64,000 bases of DNA, taken from positions 183,520,001 to 183,584,000 of the forward strand of contig OZ024742.1 in NCBI GenBank assembly GCA_964016885.1, written 5' to 3'. The position numbers and the translations under genes are program-made. Of this stretch, positions 1 to 15,376 are shown piece by piece. Numbering within the stretch: the stretch's first letter is position 1; every line of letters begins with the position of its first letter. Source of the DNA: Eledone cirrhosa (Eukaryota). The notes under the pieces are model-generated. The model was not told the origin of the DNA. It was given only the letters and a program-made list of their open reading frames with translations, and made no database searches.

Positions 1-3000
1 ACAGTACCATATATTCTAAACAGAACTAGGTACATTACAGTACCATATATTCTAAACAGAACTAGGTACATTACAGTACCATATATTCTAGACAGAACTA
101 GGTACATTACAGTACCATATATTCTAGACAGAACTCGGTACATTACAGTACCATATATTCTAAACAGAACTAGGTACATTACAGTACCATATATTCTAGA
201 CAGAACTAGGTACATTAGAGTACCTTATATTCTAGACAGAACTAGGTACATTAGAGTACCATATATTCTAGACAGAACTAGGTACATTACAGTACCATAT
301 ATTATAGACAGAACTAGGTACATTACTGTACCATATATTCTAGACAGAACAAGGTACATTACAGTACCATATATTCTAGACAGAACAAGGTACATTACAG
401 TACCATATATTTTAGACAGAACTAGGTACATTACAGTACCATATATTCTAGACATAACTAGGTACATTACAGTACCATATATTCTAGACAGAACTACGTA
501 CATTACAGTACCATATATTCTAAACAGAACTAGGTATATTACAGTACCATATATTCTAAACAGAACTAGGTACATTACAGTACCATATATTCTAGACAGA
601 ACAAGGTACATTACAGTACCATATATTCGAAACAGAACTAGGTACATTACAGTACTATATATTCTAGAGAGGAACAAGGTACATTACAGTACCATATATT
701 CTAAACAGAACAAGGTACATTACAGTACCATATATTCTAAACAGAACTAGGTACATTACAGTACCATATATTCTAAACAGAAAAAGGTATATTACAGTAC
801 CATATATTCTAAACAGAACTAGGTACATTACAGTACCATATATTCTAGACAGAACGAGGTACATTACAGTACCATATATTCTAGACAGAACTAGGTACAT
901 TACAGAACCATATATTCTAGACAGAACTAGGTATATTACAGTACCATATATTCTAGACAGAACTACGTACATTACAGTACCATAAATTATAGACAGAAGT
1001 AGGTACATTACAGTACCATATATTCTAGACAGAACTAGGTATATTACAGTACCATATATTCTAAACAGAACTAGGCACATTACAGTACCATATATTCTAA
1101 ACAGAACTAGGTACATTACAGTACCATATATTCTAAACAGAACTAGGTACATTACAGTACCATATATTCTAAACAGAACTAGGTGCATTAGAGTACCATA
1201 TATTCTAGACAGAACTAGGTACATTACAGTACCATATATTATAGACAGAACTAGGTACAATAGAGTACCATATAGTCTAAACAGAAATAGGTACATTACA
1301 GTACCATATATTCTAAACAGAACTAGGTACATTACAGTACCATATATTGTAAACAGAACTAGGTACATTACAGTACCATATATTGTAAACAGAACTAGGT
1401 ACATTACAGTACCATATATTCTAAACAGAACTAGGTATATTACAGAACGATATATTCTAAACAGAACTAGGTACATTACAGTACCATATATTCCAGAGAG
1501 AAGTAGCTACATTAGAGTACCATATATTCTAAACAGAACTAGGTACATTAGAGTACCATATATTCTAAACAGAACTAGGTACATTAGAGTACCATATATT
1601 CTAGAGAGAACTAGGTACATTACATTACCATATATTCTAAACAGAACTAGGTACATTACAGTACCATATATTCTAAACAGAACTAGGTACATTACAGTAC
1701 CATATATTCTAGACAGAACTAGGTACATTACAGTACCATATATTCTAGACAGAACTCGGTACATTACAGTACCATATATTCTAAACAGAACTAGGTACAT
1801 TACAGTACCATATATTCTAGACAGAACTAGGTACATTAGAGTACCATATATTCTAGACAGAACTAGGTACATTACAGTACCATATATTCTAAACAGAACT
1901 AGGTACATTACAGTACCATATATTCTAGACAGAACTAGGTACATTAGAGTACCTTATATTCTAGACAGAACTAGGTACATTAGAGTACCATATATTCTAG
2001 ACAGAACTAGGTACATTACAGTACCATATATTATAGACAGAACTAGGTACATTACAGTACCATATATTCTAGACAGAACAAGGTACATTACAGTACCATA
2101 TATTCTAGACAGAACTAGCTACATTACAGTACCATATATTTTAGACAGAACTAGGTACATTACAGTACCATATATTCTAGACATAACTAGGTACATTACA
2201 GTACCATATATTCTAGACAGAACTACGTACATTACAGTACCATATATTCTAGACAGAACAAGGTACATTACAGTACCATATATTCGAAACAGAACTAGGT
2301 ACATTACAGTACTATATATTCTAGACAGAACAAGGTACATTACAGTACCATATATTCTAAACAGAAATAGGTACATTACAGTACCATATATTGTAAACAG
2401 AACTAGGTGCATTACAGTACCATATATTCTAAACAGAACTAGGTATATTAGAGTACCATATATTCTAAACAGAACAAGGTACATTACAGTACCATATATT
2501 CTAAACAGAACTAGGTGCATTACAGTACCATATATTCTAAACAGAACTAGGTATATTAGAGTACCATATATTCTAGACAGAACAAGGTACATTACAGTAC
2601 CATATATTCTAAACAGAACTAGGTACATTACAGTACCATATATTCTAAACAGAACTAGGTATATTACTGTACGATATATTCTAAACAGAACTAGGTACAT
2701 TACAGTACCATATATTCCAGAGAGAAGTAGGTACATAAGAGTACCATATATTCTAAACAGAACTAGGTACATTAGAGTACCATATATTCTAGAGAGAACT
2801 AGGTACATTACATTACCATATATTCTAAACAGAACTAGGTACATTACAGTACCATATATTGTAAACAGAACAAGGTACATTACAGTACCATATATTCTAA
2901 ACAGAACTAGGTACATTACAGTACCATATATTCTAAACAGAACTAGGTACATTACAGTACCATATATTCTAAACAGGACTAGGTACATTACAGTACCATA

Positions 3001-6000
3001 TATTCTAAACAGAACTAGGTACATTACAGTACCATATATTCTAAACAGAACTAGGTACATTACAGTACCATATATTCTAGACAGAACAAGGTACATTACA
3101 GTACCATATATTCTAAACCGGAGAAGGTACATTACAGTACCATATATTCTAAACAGAACTAGGTACATTACAGTACCATATATTCTAGACAGAACTAGGT
3201 ACATTACAGTACCATATATTCTAGACAGAACTAGGTACATTACAGTACCATATATTCTAAACAGAACTAGGTACATTAGAGTACCATATATTCTAGACAG
3301 AACTAGGTACATTACAGTACCATATATTATAGACAGAACTAGGTACATTACAGTACCATATATTCTAGACAGAACAAGGTACATTACAGTACCATATATT
3401 CTAGACAGAACTAGGTACATTACAGTACCATATATTTTAGACAGAACTAGGTACATTACAGTACCATATATTCTAGACATAACTAGGTATATTACAGTAC
3501 CATATATTCTAGACAGAACTACGTACATTACAGTACCATATATTCTAAACAGAACTAGGTATATTACAGTACCATATATTCTAAACAGAACTAGGTACAT
3601 TACAGTACCATATATTCTAGACAGAACAAGGTACATTACAGTACCATATATTCGAAACAGAACTAGGTACATTACAGTACTATATATTCTAGACAGAACA
3701 AGGTACATTACAGTACCATATATTCTAAACAGAAATAGGTACATTACAGTACCATATATTGTAAACAGAACTAGGTGCATTACAGTACCATATATTCTAA
3801 ACAGAACTAGGTATATTAGAGTACCATATATTCTAGACAGAACAAGGTACATTACAGTACCATATATTCTAAACAGAACTAGGTACATTACAGTACCATA
3901 TATTCTAAACAGAACTAGGTACATTACAGTACCATATATTCTAGACAGAACTAGGTACATTAGAGTACCATATATTCTAAACAGAACTACGTACATTACA
4001 GTACCATATATTCTAAACAGAACTAGGTACATTACAGTACCATATATTCTAGACAGAACTAGGTACATTACAGTACCATATATTCTAGTCAGAACGAGGT
4101 ACATTACAGTACCATATATTCTAAACAGAACTAGGTACATTACAGTACCATATATTCTAGACAGAACTAGGTACATTACAGTACCATATATTCTAAACAG
4201 AATAAGGTATATTACAGTACCATATATTCTAAACAGAACTAGGTACATTACAGTACTATATATTCTAGACAGAACAAGGGACATTACAGTACCATATATT
4301 CTAGACAGAACTAGGTATATTACAGTACCATATATTCTAGACAGAACTAGGTACATTACAGTACCATAAATTATAGACAGAACTAGGTACATTACAGTAC
4401 CATATATTCTAGACAGAACTAGGTATATTACAGTACCATATATTCTAAACAGAACTAGGTACATTAGAGTACCATATATTCTAGACAGAACTAGGTACAT
4501 TACAGTACCATATATTATAGACAGAACTAGGTACATTAGAGTACCATATAGTCTAAACAGAAATAGGTACATTACAGTACCATATATTCTAAACAGAACT
4601 AGGTACATTACAGTACCATATATTGTAAACAGAACTAGGTACATTACAGTACCATATATTGTAAACAGAACTAGGTACATTACAGTACCATATATTCTAA
4701 ACAGAACTAGGTATATTACTGTACGATATATTCTAAACAGAACTAGGTACATTACAGTACCACATATTCCAGAGAGAAGTAGGTACATAAGAGTACCATA
4801 TATTCTAAACAGAACTAGGTACATTAGAGTACCATATATTCTAAACAGAACTAGGTACATTAGAGTACCATATATTCTAGAGAGAACTAGGTACATTACA
4901 TTACCATATATTCTAAACAGAAATAGGTACATTACAGTACCATATATTGTAAACAGAAGAAGGTACATTACAGTACCATATATTCTAAACAGAACTAGGT
5001 ACATTACAGTAACATATATTCTAAACAGAACTAGGTACATTACAGTACCATATATTCTAAACAGAACTAGGTACATTACAGTACCATATATTCTAGACAG
5101 AACAAGGTACATTACAGTACCATATATTCTAAACAGAACAAGGTACATTACAGTACCATATATTCTAAACAGAACTAGGTACATTACAGTACCATATATT
5201 CTAGACAGAGCTACGTACATTACAATACCATATATTGTAAACAGAACTAGGTACATTACAGTACCATATATTCTAAACAGAACTAGGTACATTACAGTAC
5301 CATATATTCTAAACAGAACTAGGTACATTACAGTACCATATATTCTAAACAGAACTAGGTACATTACAGTACCATATATTCTAGACAGAACTAGGTACAT
5401 TAGAGTACCATATATTCTAAACAGAACTACGTACATTACAATACCATATATTGTAAACAGAACTAGGTACATTACAGTACCATATATTCTAAACAGAACT
5501 AGGTACATTACAGTACCATATATTCTAAACAGAACTAGGTACATTACAGTACCATATATTGTAAACAGAACTAGGTACATTACAGTACCATATATTCTAA
5601 ACAGAACTAGGTACATTACAGTACCATATATTCTAAACAGAACTAGGTACATTACAGTACCATATATTCTAGTCAGAACGAGGTACATTACAGTACCATA
5701 TATTCTAAACAGAACTAGGTATATTAGAGTACCATATATTCTAGACAGAACAAGGTACATTACAGTACCATATATTCTAAACAGAACTAGGTACATTAGA
5801 GTACCATACATTCTAGAGAGAACTAGGTACATTACAGTACCATATATTCTAAACAGAACTAGGTACATTACAGTACCATATATTCCAGACAGAACTAGGT
5901 ACATTAGAGTACCATATATTCTAGACAGAACTAGGTACATTACAGTACCATATATTCTAAACAGAACTAGGTACATCACAGTACCATATATTCTGAACAG

Positions 6001-6122
6001 AACTAGGTACATTACAGTACCATATATTCTAAACAGAACTAGGTACATTACAGTACCATATATTCTAAACAGAACTAGGTACATTAGAGTACCATATATT
6101 CTAGACAGAACTAGGTACATTA
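1..6122. repeat. 36-bp tandem satellite, ~170 monomers (consensus ACAGTACCATATATTCTA[A/G]ACAGAACTAGGTACATT); continues beyond window start
   Basis: Direct reading; period 36, reflected in the 12-aa MYLVLFRIYGTV repeat of the ORF track; almost only substitutions, one 1-nt insertion near 670. Confidence 0.98.
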
Positions 6123-6123
6123 T

Positions 6124-6311
6124 AGTTGTTTCTACTTTAGGCACAAGGCCAGCAATCTTTTTTTAAGAGGAGTGGAAAGTCGATTAAATCGACACCAGTG
6201 CATTACTGGTGCTTTATTTTATCGACTCCGTAAGGATGAAAGGCAAATTTAACCTCGACGGGATTTGAGCTGCGACCGTAAAAGGGCGTAACTATATGCT
6301 ACAAAGCATGG
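6124..6311 (-). mobile_element. tRNA-derived SINE (octopus-type), 5'-truncated, terminating the satellite
   Basis: Reverse complement of the full copy at 50096-50283 (GAGTTCAAATCCCGCCGAGGTT..TTTGCCTTTCATCCTTACGGGGTCGATAAAATAAAGTACCAG..GCTGGCCTTGTGCCTAAAGTAGAAAC). Confidence 0.9.
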
Positions 6312-6600
6312 CATACGTTGTAGCGTAGTATATTGCATAGTATATATTATGGCACTTATCAGAGTATATAGTATAGTATATAGCATGGTATATATCATAA
6401 TATATAGCATGGTATATTGGATGTTGTATAGTATATAGCAAAATATATAGCATGCTATATAATATCGTATATAGCATGTTCTATAGTATATAGCATAGTA
6501 TATAACATGTTATATAGAATGGTATATATTATGTTATATAGCATGGTATATAGTATATTATATAGTATGGTATATAGTATATAGCATGGTATATAACATA
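6312..6600. repeat. Degenerate TATAG/TATAGCATGG low-complexity tandem repeat
   Basis: Direct reading. Confidence 0.8.
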
Positions 6601-6999
6601 TCATATGGTACCATAAAGTACTTAGTTCTCTTGGACTATATGGTACTACAATATACCTAGTCCTGTTTGGAATACTTAACATAGTATAAAGAGACCCCCT
6701 TCTAAAGGCCCCCTCCCACCCCGATCTCGCCGCCTTGAGAGACACCGATATGACAAAATAAGTTTTGATACCCTATATTGAAAACAGGAATAGATGTTTT
6801 ATAGAATTAACGTTCCGTAATATGTTTGGCTCATCCCAAGTGAAGCGGATCATAATTTTGTGTTTTAACATTTGTCCCAGCCTTCTCTCTGTGTCAGGAA
6901 AATGAGGGAGCTTAGTAAATAATGTTCCACTCCCTTCCACTCATAAAATTGAACTTGACATTAAATGAGGAAACATACGGGCCACACGCATATACATAT

Positions 7000-7086
<87 letters not shown>

Positions 7087-7396
7087 CACGCAGATATGTA
7101 TACGTATGCATACATACACGCACCCAGTCACAAACACAAACACACTGCTAGATGATGCACATTCATGTACAAACACATTCAATTGCTCATACATTAACTT
7201 GCAGTTTTATGCACATATACATACGCAAGCACTGCTAGTCTCAAACACAAACACACTGACAGATACACATGCATGCACACAATCACACACATACGCGTAT
7301 ATATATACAAAAACACTGGCATACACACACACACACAAATACATAGACATATATGTAATGCATACTACGTACATACACACACTTATACATACAATT

Positions 7397-8074
7397 TATA
7401 TATATATATATTTATATACATACATACAAACGTACATATATATGTACATACACACCCCCATACATATATATCCACAAATATACATACATAAATAAATACA
7501 TACATATATGCATACATATATACAGACAGAGGTATAAATATATGCAGGATATTCATTCTCTCGCCTACACACATATGCCTACATACATGCGCACATACAT
7601 ACACATGCACACATATACACATACACGTAGATAGACATGTACACTGACTTACACCCCACCCCACAGGTAAGCACTCATCGACTCGTATAATCACATGTAC
7701 ACGTTTGCACACACATGCACTTATATATATATATATATATATATGTGTATATATATGAGTGTGTATATATATATATATATATAAGTGCATGTGTGTGCAA
7801 ACGTGTACATGTGATTATACGAGTCGATGAGTGCTTATATGTGGGGTGGGGTGTAAGTCAGTGTACATGTCTATCTACGTGTATGTGTATATGTGTGCAT
7901 GTGTATGTATGTGCGCATGTATGTAGGCATATGTGTGTAGGCGAAAGAATGAATATCCTGCATATATTTATACCTCTGCATGTATATATGTATGTATGTA
8001 TTTATGTATGTATATTTGTGGATATATATGTATGGGGATGTGTATGTACATATATATGTACGTTTGTATGTATG

Positions 8075-8095
<21 letters not shown>
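7397..8095. repeat. Inverted duplication, arms ~7397-7722 and 7783-8095, TA-rich spacer
   Basis: e.g. GCACTCATCGACTCGTATAATCACATG (7671) versus CATGTGATTATACGAGTCGATGAGTGC (7808). Confidence 0.9.
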
Positions 8096-8149
<54 letters not shown>

Positions 8150-8399
8150 TCATATATACACAGACATAGAATCATACACACTTATGCATTCACAAATGCA
8201 CACGCACTTACATAGACATGCATACTTACATTCACACACCTGCATACACAAATGTACTCACCCGTTCACACACACGTACGCACACATGCACACTTATAGA
8301 GATTCACACGCACACTCACATAAACATACACGCACATGCAAATTAATGCTCAGACACGTACGTAGACATGCACACACAGAAACATATACATAAATACAC

Positions 8400-8658
8400 A
8401 CATGTGCATACACACTTGTGCATAAACATGTGCAAATGCACAGACACACATGCACAACCCATTTACACGAACTCACACACACACACACATATGCATACAC
8501 ACACACACACACACACTTACTCATACAAAGATATGCACACACACACGCAAACATATGCACGAATACACACACATGCATACACATAGACACATAAATGCAA
8601 ATGAACAGACACACATGCGCAACCCATTTACACACTCACACATACACACACACACACA

Positions 8659-8691
<33 letters not shown>

Positions 8692-8807
8692 ACTCATACA
8701 AAGATATGCACACACACACAATCATATGCACGAATACACACACACATGCATACACATAGACACATAAATGCAAATGAACAGACACACATGCGCAACCCAT
8801 TTACACA

Positions 8808-8842
<35 letters not shown>

Positions 8843-8956
8843 ATACAAAGATATGCACACACACACAATCATATGCACGAATACACACACATGCATACAC
8901 ATAGACACATAAATGCAAATGAACAGACATACATGCGCAACCCATTTACACGAACT

Positions 8957-8987
<31 letters not shown>

Positions 8988-9142
8988 GCATACACACACA
9001 CACACACACACATATGCATACACACACACACACACTTACTCATACAAAGATATGCACACATACACAAACATATGCACGAATACACACACATGCATACACA
9101 TAGACACATAAATGCAAATGAACAGACACACATGCGCAACCC

Positions 9143-9205
<63 letters not shown>

Positions 9206-9215
9206 CACTTACTCA
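8400..9215. repeat. Tandem ~120-170 bp compound repeat with internal (CA)n
   Basis: Recurring ACATAAATGCAAATGAACAGAC..CAACCCATTTACAC..CTCATACAAAGATATGCAC, about 5 units. Confidence 0.85.
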
Positions 9216-9576
9216 TGTAATGGCATCTTCTTTATGCATGTCCGTCTTGTCTTCTCAAGGATATTTCCGATGTCTATGTTGTTTATGGCAGTGGGAATAT
9301 CAATTAAGAAAAGAATGTCGGAAGTTGTTCATTCAACGCATGGGCACAGTTTCCGGATACACGTCTTTGATTATTCACTCACTCACTTTAAACAACCATC
9401 TCTCTCTCCCTCTATCCCCTTCTCCCCCTATTCCCCCCCCCACTCCCTCTTTCCTTCTCCGCTCTCTCCTGCCCCTTCTCCCTCTCCTCTCTCATAACCA
9501 CATATTTTGTTTCTCGAGCATGTCCAAACCATTTTTCCGAACATATAAACAGTATGCATTTTATGGGCGTTTAATT

Positions 9577-9655
<79 letters not shown>

Positions 9656-9813
9656 TCGCTCTCTCTCTCTCTCTCTCTCTCACTCACTCTCTTTCTCTTC
9701 CATACACACACAAACACTTTCTCCGCCCGCTCTCTTTGTATATTCACTTTCTCCTCTCTCTCTCTCTATATATATACACATATATACATACATACATACA
9801 TACATACATACAT

Positions 9814-9843
<30 letters not shown>

Positions 9844-9845
<2 letters not shown>

Positions 9846-10057
9846 TAGAAAGTGATGTTTTTTTTTTACAAAATGAAAAATAACCGAGGTGTCCTACACG
9901 AGTGAAAGTATAAAGAAAAAGAGATGAAATCGAAAATGCAACTGAAGTCTTATTTTTTTAAAAAATATATATATTTATTTGGTTCCTTTACCGGTTTCGT
10001 AGTTCTTCTGCTTTTCAAAAGGTGAGTTGAGATGGAGGGTCTGTGGTTTTTCTCACA
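9844..10057 (-). mobile_element. ~215-bp non-coding interspersed element in (TA)n carrying a U3-A8 hammerhead; second copy 61501-61716
   Basis: Two nearly identical copies 52 kb apart, both bounded by (TA)n. Confidence 0.85.
9985..10022 (-). ncRNA. Minimal type I hammerhead ribozyme, U3-A8 core variant
   Basis: Minus strand: CCTT-TTGAAAA-GCAG aagaa CTAC-GAAA-CCGG-TA-AAGG; helix I CCUU/AAGG, palindromic helix III ACCGGU, GUA site; helix II has one mismatch here and is perfect in the 61641 copy. Confidence 0.7.
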
Positions 10058-10081
10058 TATATATATATATATATATATATA

Positions 10082-10421
<340 letters not shown>

Positions 10422-10619
10422 GACTCTAATCGACTATTCTTCAAACCATATAGATTTGTTTCATCTGCATAACTTTAAAAGATAGCCGAAATAAATTTTG
10501 TGTTCGTAATATTGTTTTCTATGTTAAGTCAGGCTCATGTGTATAAGCTTTCATCTATTCTACTAATAATATGTCTTTGGCATAGGGGCCGCAGACAACC
10601 TTTAGCGATTCGTCTTCCA

Positions 10620-10727
10620 TTCCAGCGACTATGTTGAAAAATAAATCTCATTTGGTCATTCCATGAGAGTATCTTAGCCAGCTTATGTACTTTCCAGCCA
10701 ATGGACTTTTCAGCCAATCTTTGTACA
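10620..10727 (-). mobile_element. Mariner-like terminal fragment
   Basis: Minus strand TACAAAGATTGGCTGAAAAGTCCAT..AAGATACTCTCATGGAATGACCAAATGAGATTTATTTTTCAACATAG resembles mariner ends as I recall them; second TIR not seen. Confidence 0.45.
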
Positions 10728-11017
10728 TTATAGAATACAGCATTTGGATCAGATTCGAACTCGGGAAATCGAAAGAAAGACGTCAACAGCTTAATCCGGC
10801 AGTACAGTGGCACATCTAACGAGTAGCCGACTTTTCACAATAATTTCAAAAGGATTAACATTTTATATTTAGCATTGAATATTTAATATTTGTATATATC
10901 CAACGTATGTGACTTATATTTTTAAACTGTAATGATGATGCTATTCGTAAATAATCACGAGCGTGAACGTAGGTATCTTGGAATTGAAGTTCTTGCTATC
11001 TGAAGGATACACTAGGG

Positions 11018-11210
11018 CAGACATGTGAAACTGAGGTTCCCGCAAGGGCCACAGGGGTCACATATGTGTTGTCTGAGGACCACACACGAGAACTAACTGC
11101 GCACATTACAACTCATTTTTTTGATTTTATAAAACATGCTCGCACTGTAAAAACCTTTGTGCTTGTAAAGGGTCACATTTGGACCGCGGGCCGCATGTAT
11201 CACATGCCTG
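11018..11210. mobile_element. hAT (Charlie-like) MITE
   Basis: TIR CAGACATGTGA / TCACATGCCTG, subterminal GGGCCGC motifs, imperfect 8-bp TSD CACTAGGG/TCCTAGGG. Confidence 0.7.
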
Positions 11211-11390
11211 TCCTAGGGTTTGAAACTTTAAACCACAGATGGCTAAATCAGATTGTTATTCCAAAATTAAACATTTCCTTTTTCTTGGCACAGTTTTCTC
11301 ATAACTCCTCCGTAATTTATGCAGGGTAATATACACAGTACAACTAACTATATAAACAAACACAGACACACACACACACACACACAGACA

Positions 11391-11490
<100 letters not shown>

Positions 11491-11846
11491 AATATAAATA
11501 TATATAAATATATATACAAATAGATATATTTATGTGTGTATGAGTGTATGTGTGTGTGTATGTGTGTAAGCAAACCATCTTACATAATATACATGCAAAA
11601 GGACGGTAGATAGGCAGTATCTTTGGGGCATATAGCTATGCCCTTTTGCGTTCACTCACACATACACACATTCACACACATGCATACATAAATATATATA
11701 TATATATATAGCCATATATATTACGTGGTTACACGCTTGTAAAAATTATCTCCTGTGATTTTTCATGTTTATATTTATTTATATATATGTTGATCAATTC
11801 CTAGTTATTATATATATATATATATATATATAAGTATTTACGACCG

Positions 11847-11918
<72 letters not shown>

Positions 11919-12419
11919 GATCGAGTATCGAAAAATCGGCGCACGAGTTCACGAAAAACGAAATTCGATATGAGCGGCAGAGGGCTCAATAATTCAGATG
12001 AATCAGAGCTATAACTATCGTTAAAATACCGTCACATATAGAACAAGTCTACAATCAACCATACGATTTAAAATCGATAAAGGAAGATTCGGGCCAAACA
12101 GATAAAAAATATCAATAAAACAATACGTCAATAATTTAAATGAATGTAAAATCATACCCGGACCCACTAGAAAGGTGTTAAATCTAGCTTCATGGGTTTC
12201 TGTAAATCCTTAGACTGTACTCTATCAGCTCACATATAAATATAAAAGCCTACTAGAATAAGTGGAACGGAGTTTACGTTGTCAACGAGTTTTTTCCTGG
12301 CGGCAAAGGAGTCAACTAGCGGTGAAAAACGCACATGGCATTAGACAAGGGAGATGACCCCTATATCCGCGAAAACAATTCGAGTGAATGTGGAAATACA
12401 CATATCGAATTAGAGTGCT

Positions 12420-12505
<86 letters not shown>

Positions 12506-12834
12506 TTTGTGTATGTGTGTGTATGTGTGTGTGCGTGTACACTCACCCATTGGTCAATATTTGTGTCTGAAAACACAATTCTTGAAGTTGAATTTGTGTA
12601 TATAAATCGTTACCTCGAGTTTCATGTTTCGCACCATTCGCTATTCGAAGAATTAATGAGGGGAAATCAACTCTCACTAAGTGTGAAGTAGAGAGCGGGG
12701 GGGGGGGGAGAAGAGAAGAGAGAGAGGCAGAGAAATATAGAGCAAGTGATATACACACACAGAGACAGATATATGTGTATGTATATATATATATATATAT
12801 GTACACACACACACACACACATATATATACACAG

Positions 12835-12873
<39 letters not shown>

Positions 12874-13483
12874 GATATATTCTTTATACACATGCATATT
12901 CATACATAAATACACACAGACACATATATATGTATGAACGTGCTTGTGTTTGTTTGTGTATTACATATTGAGACTGTAATTAAAATACAATAGATCCAGT
13001 ATGAAAGTCGTCTGCGTGCTTCTGGCGTTTAGGTTTACAGCTTGCATGAAAACTCTGAATTCGTGAATAATAATGACGGAATAGTTTCTCCAGAAACAAT
13101 CTCCAGGTAACAGCTGGAATCCTACAGATTGGCCACATTCTATTCTGCTGTTTGTATAAGAAAACCAGTGGTGGTGTCGGAACCAAGAATGGAAGGAACA
13201 AAACCAAAGCAAAAAAAGAAGACAATAAAAAAAAAATGAGACAAAAGAGAAATAAAAAAATATCAACAAAAGAAGGCAAAAAAAGGGTTTTGTGTTGGAT
13301 TTTACTATTGATAACAATATCACCCCTTACAACGGATGTCGGACAGAACGGAAGTACAATTTCCTCCATCTGCGATCTCACTCCTTTCACTCACATTTCT
13401 ATCCGAAATGATTATGTCTGTATGTATGTTTGTTTGTTTGTTCGTAAGTATATGCATACGTATGTATATAAACGTACATACAT

Positions 13484-13560
<77 letters not shown>

Positions 13561-14140
13561 CATATACGAACAATGATAAGAAAGACTTTTCGGGTGGTAT
13601 TCTTTAATAGAGAAATGTGTTTTGCAACGTGCAGGTTTTCTATCTCGCGTAGTGATCATACGTTTTGATTGAAGGTCTCGCAATACTGCGATCTTCAAAC
13701 TGGTCTTTAATCAGGATTGCTAATTTCCTTATTTTCTTGCCAGATCTAACTAATTTTCATTGCATCCAACAAATAAAAATTTCAGCGGGCGTATAGCTAG
13801 AAATCTAATTAAACTTGATTTCGTCAGGCGGGTTTCTAGCAGAAAAAACAACAACAAAGAATTTGATTTCGGCTGGAAGTTAGATACCTCGTTTTTACCT
13901 TTCGTACAAATTTCAATTAACATTTTAAGCACACGTGTATTGTGCTTTACTTTGTCATTTACGCTACTTTACACATTCTTAGCAAAACTGTCAAATTAAA
14001 ACAAAAATATCTCCAAATACCATTAGTTCATAATGGAAATGGTGGAGAAAAACCGTTATCGTAGTTATATATATGTATATATATATATGTATATGTATAT
14101 ATATATGTAGATAAATCCACCAAGAGTTTACGGTAGTGTC

Positions 14141-14218
14141 CAATCCGTATGAAGAACTCAATGTAATCCGGATATCATGGAAAGAAGAGATGCATTCAAA
14201 AATCACTTTCGGTGAAAG

Positions 14219-14297
<79 letters not shown>

Positions 14298-14378
14298 TAT
14301 CTTTCACCGAAAGTGATTTTTGAATGCATCTCTTCTTTCCATGATATCCGGATTACATTGAGTTCTTCATACGGATTG
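14141..14378. repeat. Perfect ~82-bp inverted repeat around a (TA)n spacer; related direct copy at ~15200-15295
   Basis: Arms 14141-14222 and 14297-14378 are reverse complements. Confidence 0.92.
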
Positions 14379-14382
14379 TATG

Positions 14383-14416
<34 letters not shown>

Positions 14417-14502
14417 AATATATACATATGTATATATATGTATATATATATGTATATATATATACATATGTATATATATATGTACGTATATATATATATA
14501 TT

Positions 14503-14544
<42 letters not shown>

Positions 14545-14551
<7 letters not shown>

Positions 14552-14610
14552 ATATTTGGGGAGGGTCATATTTGCGTAATATTGCCAGAATTAATAACAG
14601 AACACACTCA
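14545..14610 (-). mobile_element. Terminal fragment of the Penelope-like pLTR seen at 60630-60697
   Basis: GGGAGGGTCATATTTGCGTAATATTGCCAGAATTAATAACAGAACAC is a near reverse complement of 60637-60683. Confidence 0.75.
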
Positions 14611-14687
14611 CTGTTTGGTTGGTTTTCGCTTCTCGCGAAATATATTATATATATTATATATATATATGTATATATATATAATATATG

Positions 14688-14741
<54 letters not shown>

Positions 14742-14804
14742 TATACATATGTATATATATGTTTATATATGTATATATATATATATACATATATATATAT
14801 GTAC

Positions 14805-14858
<54 letters not shown>

Positions 14859-14860
14859 CA

Positions 14861-15134
14861 CAGAGTACCGCCGGCATTTGCGGCCCCAGTTATTCGCGGA
14901 ATTTTTCTCAGAATGTAACTAATATTTGTTCGTGGAAACCACCGCATATTCACGGAATCGTAAATATCTTCCACGATTTTTTGGTGGCTTTTTTCGTGGC
15001 AATATATATTTTTTCATGCTTTTTAACGCTAAATTATGCCGGCCTATATTTTACATTATATTTTGACGATTATAGGCATTTTTATGGACCACGGGTGCTC
15101 TAGGAACGTAATCCCCGTAAATACCGGGAGACAA

Positions 15135-15137
<3 letters not shown>
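14861..15137. mobile_element. Tc1/mariner-superfamily (pogo/Tigger-like) MITE
   Basis: Imperfect TIRs CAGAGTACCGCCGGCATTTGCGG / CCGTAAATACCGGGAGACAACTG, embedded in TA repeats. Confidence 0.6.
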
Positions 15138-15195
<58 letters not shown>

Positions 15196-15376
15196 AATCT
15201 ACCAAAATATACGGTAATGTCCAATCCGTATGAAGAACTCAATGTAATCCAAATATCACGAAAAGAGAAGATGCATTCAAAACTTTTCGATGAAAATCAT
15301 AGGAAAACAGAGTCAAGATAAATTAATAAAAACAATGAAATAAAAACAAAGAACAAGTTCCTTATATTAAAAAATT

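Noticed and set aside
1-6122. CRISPR array (36-bp repeats)
   Set aside because: Repeats are contiguous with no unique spacers; eukaryotic context; no cas genes
2119-6144. 1341-aa hydrophobic repeat ORF (and ORFs at 225-1944)
   Set aside because: By-product of a 36-bp (multiple of 3) satellite with one stop-free frame; starts in a SINE tail; the array contains stops and a frameshift
9207-9335. Possible minus-strand host exon ending in GTAAGT
   Set aside because: In-frame stop shortly upstream, no AG acceptor after it, no recognisable protein
12185-12232. Minus-strand CTGATAGA..GAAA hammerhead-like motif
   Set aside because: Core has an extra base and helices I and III do not form
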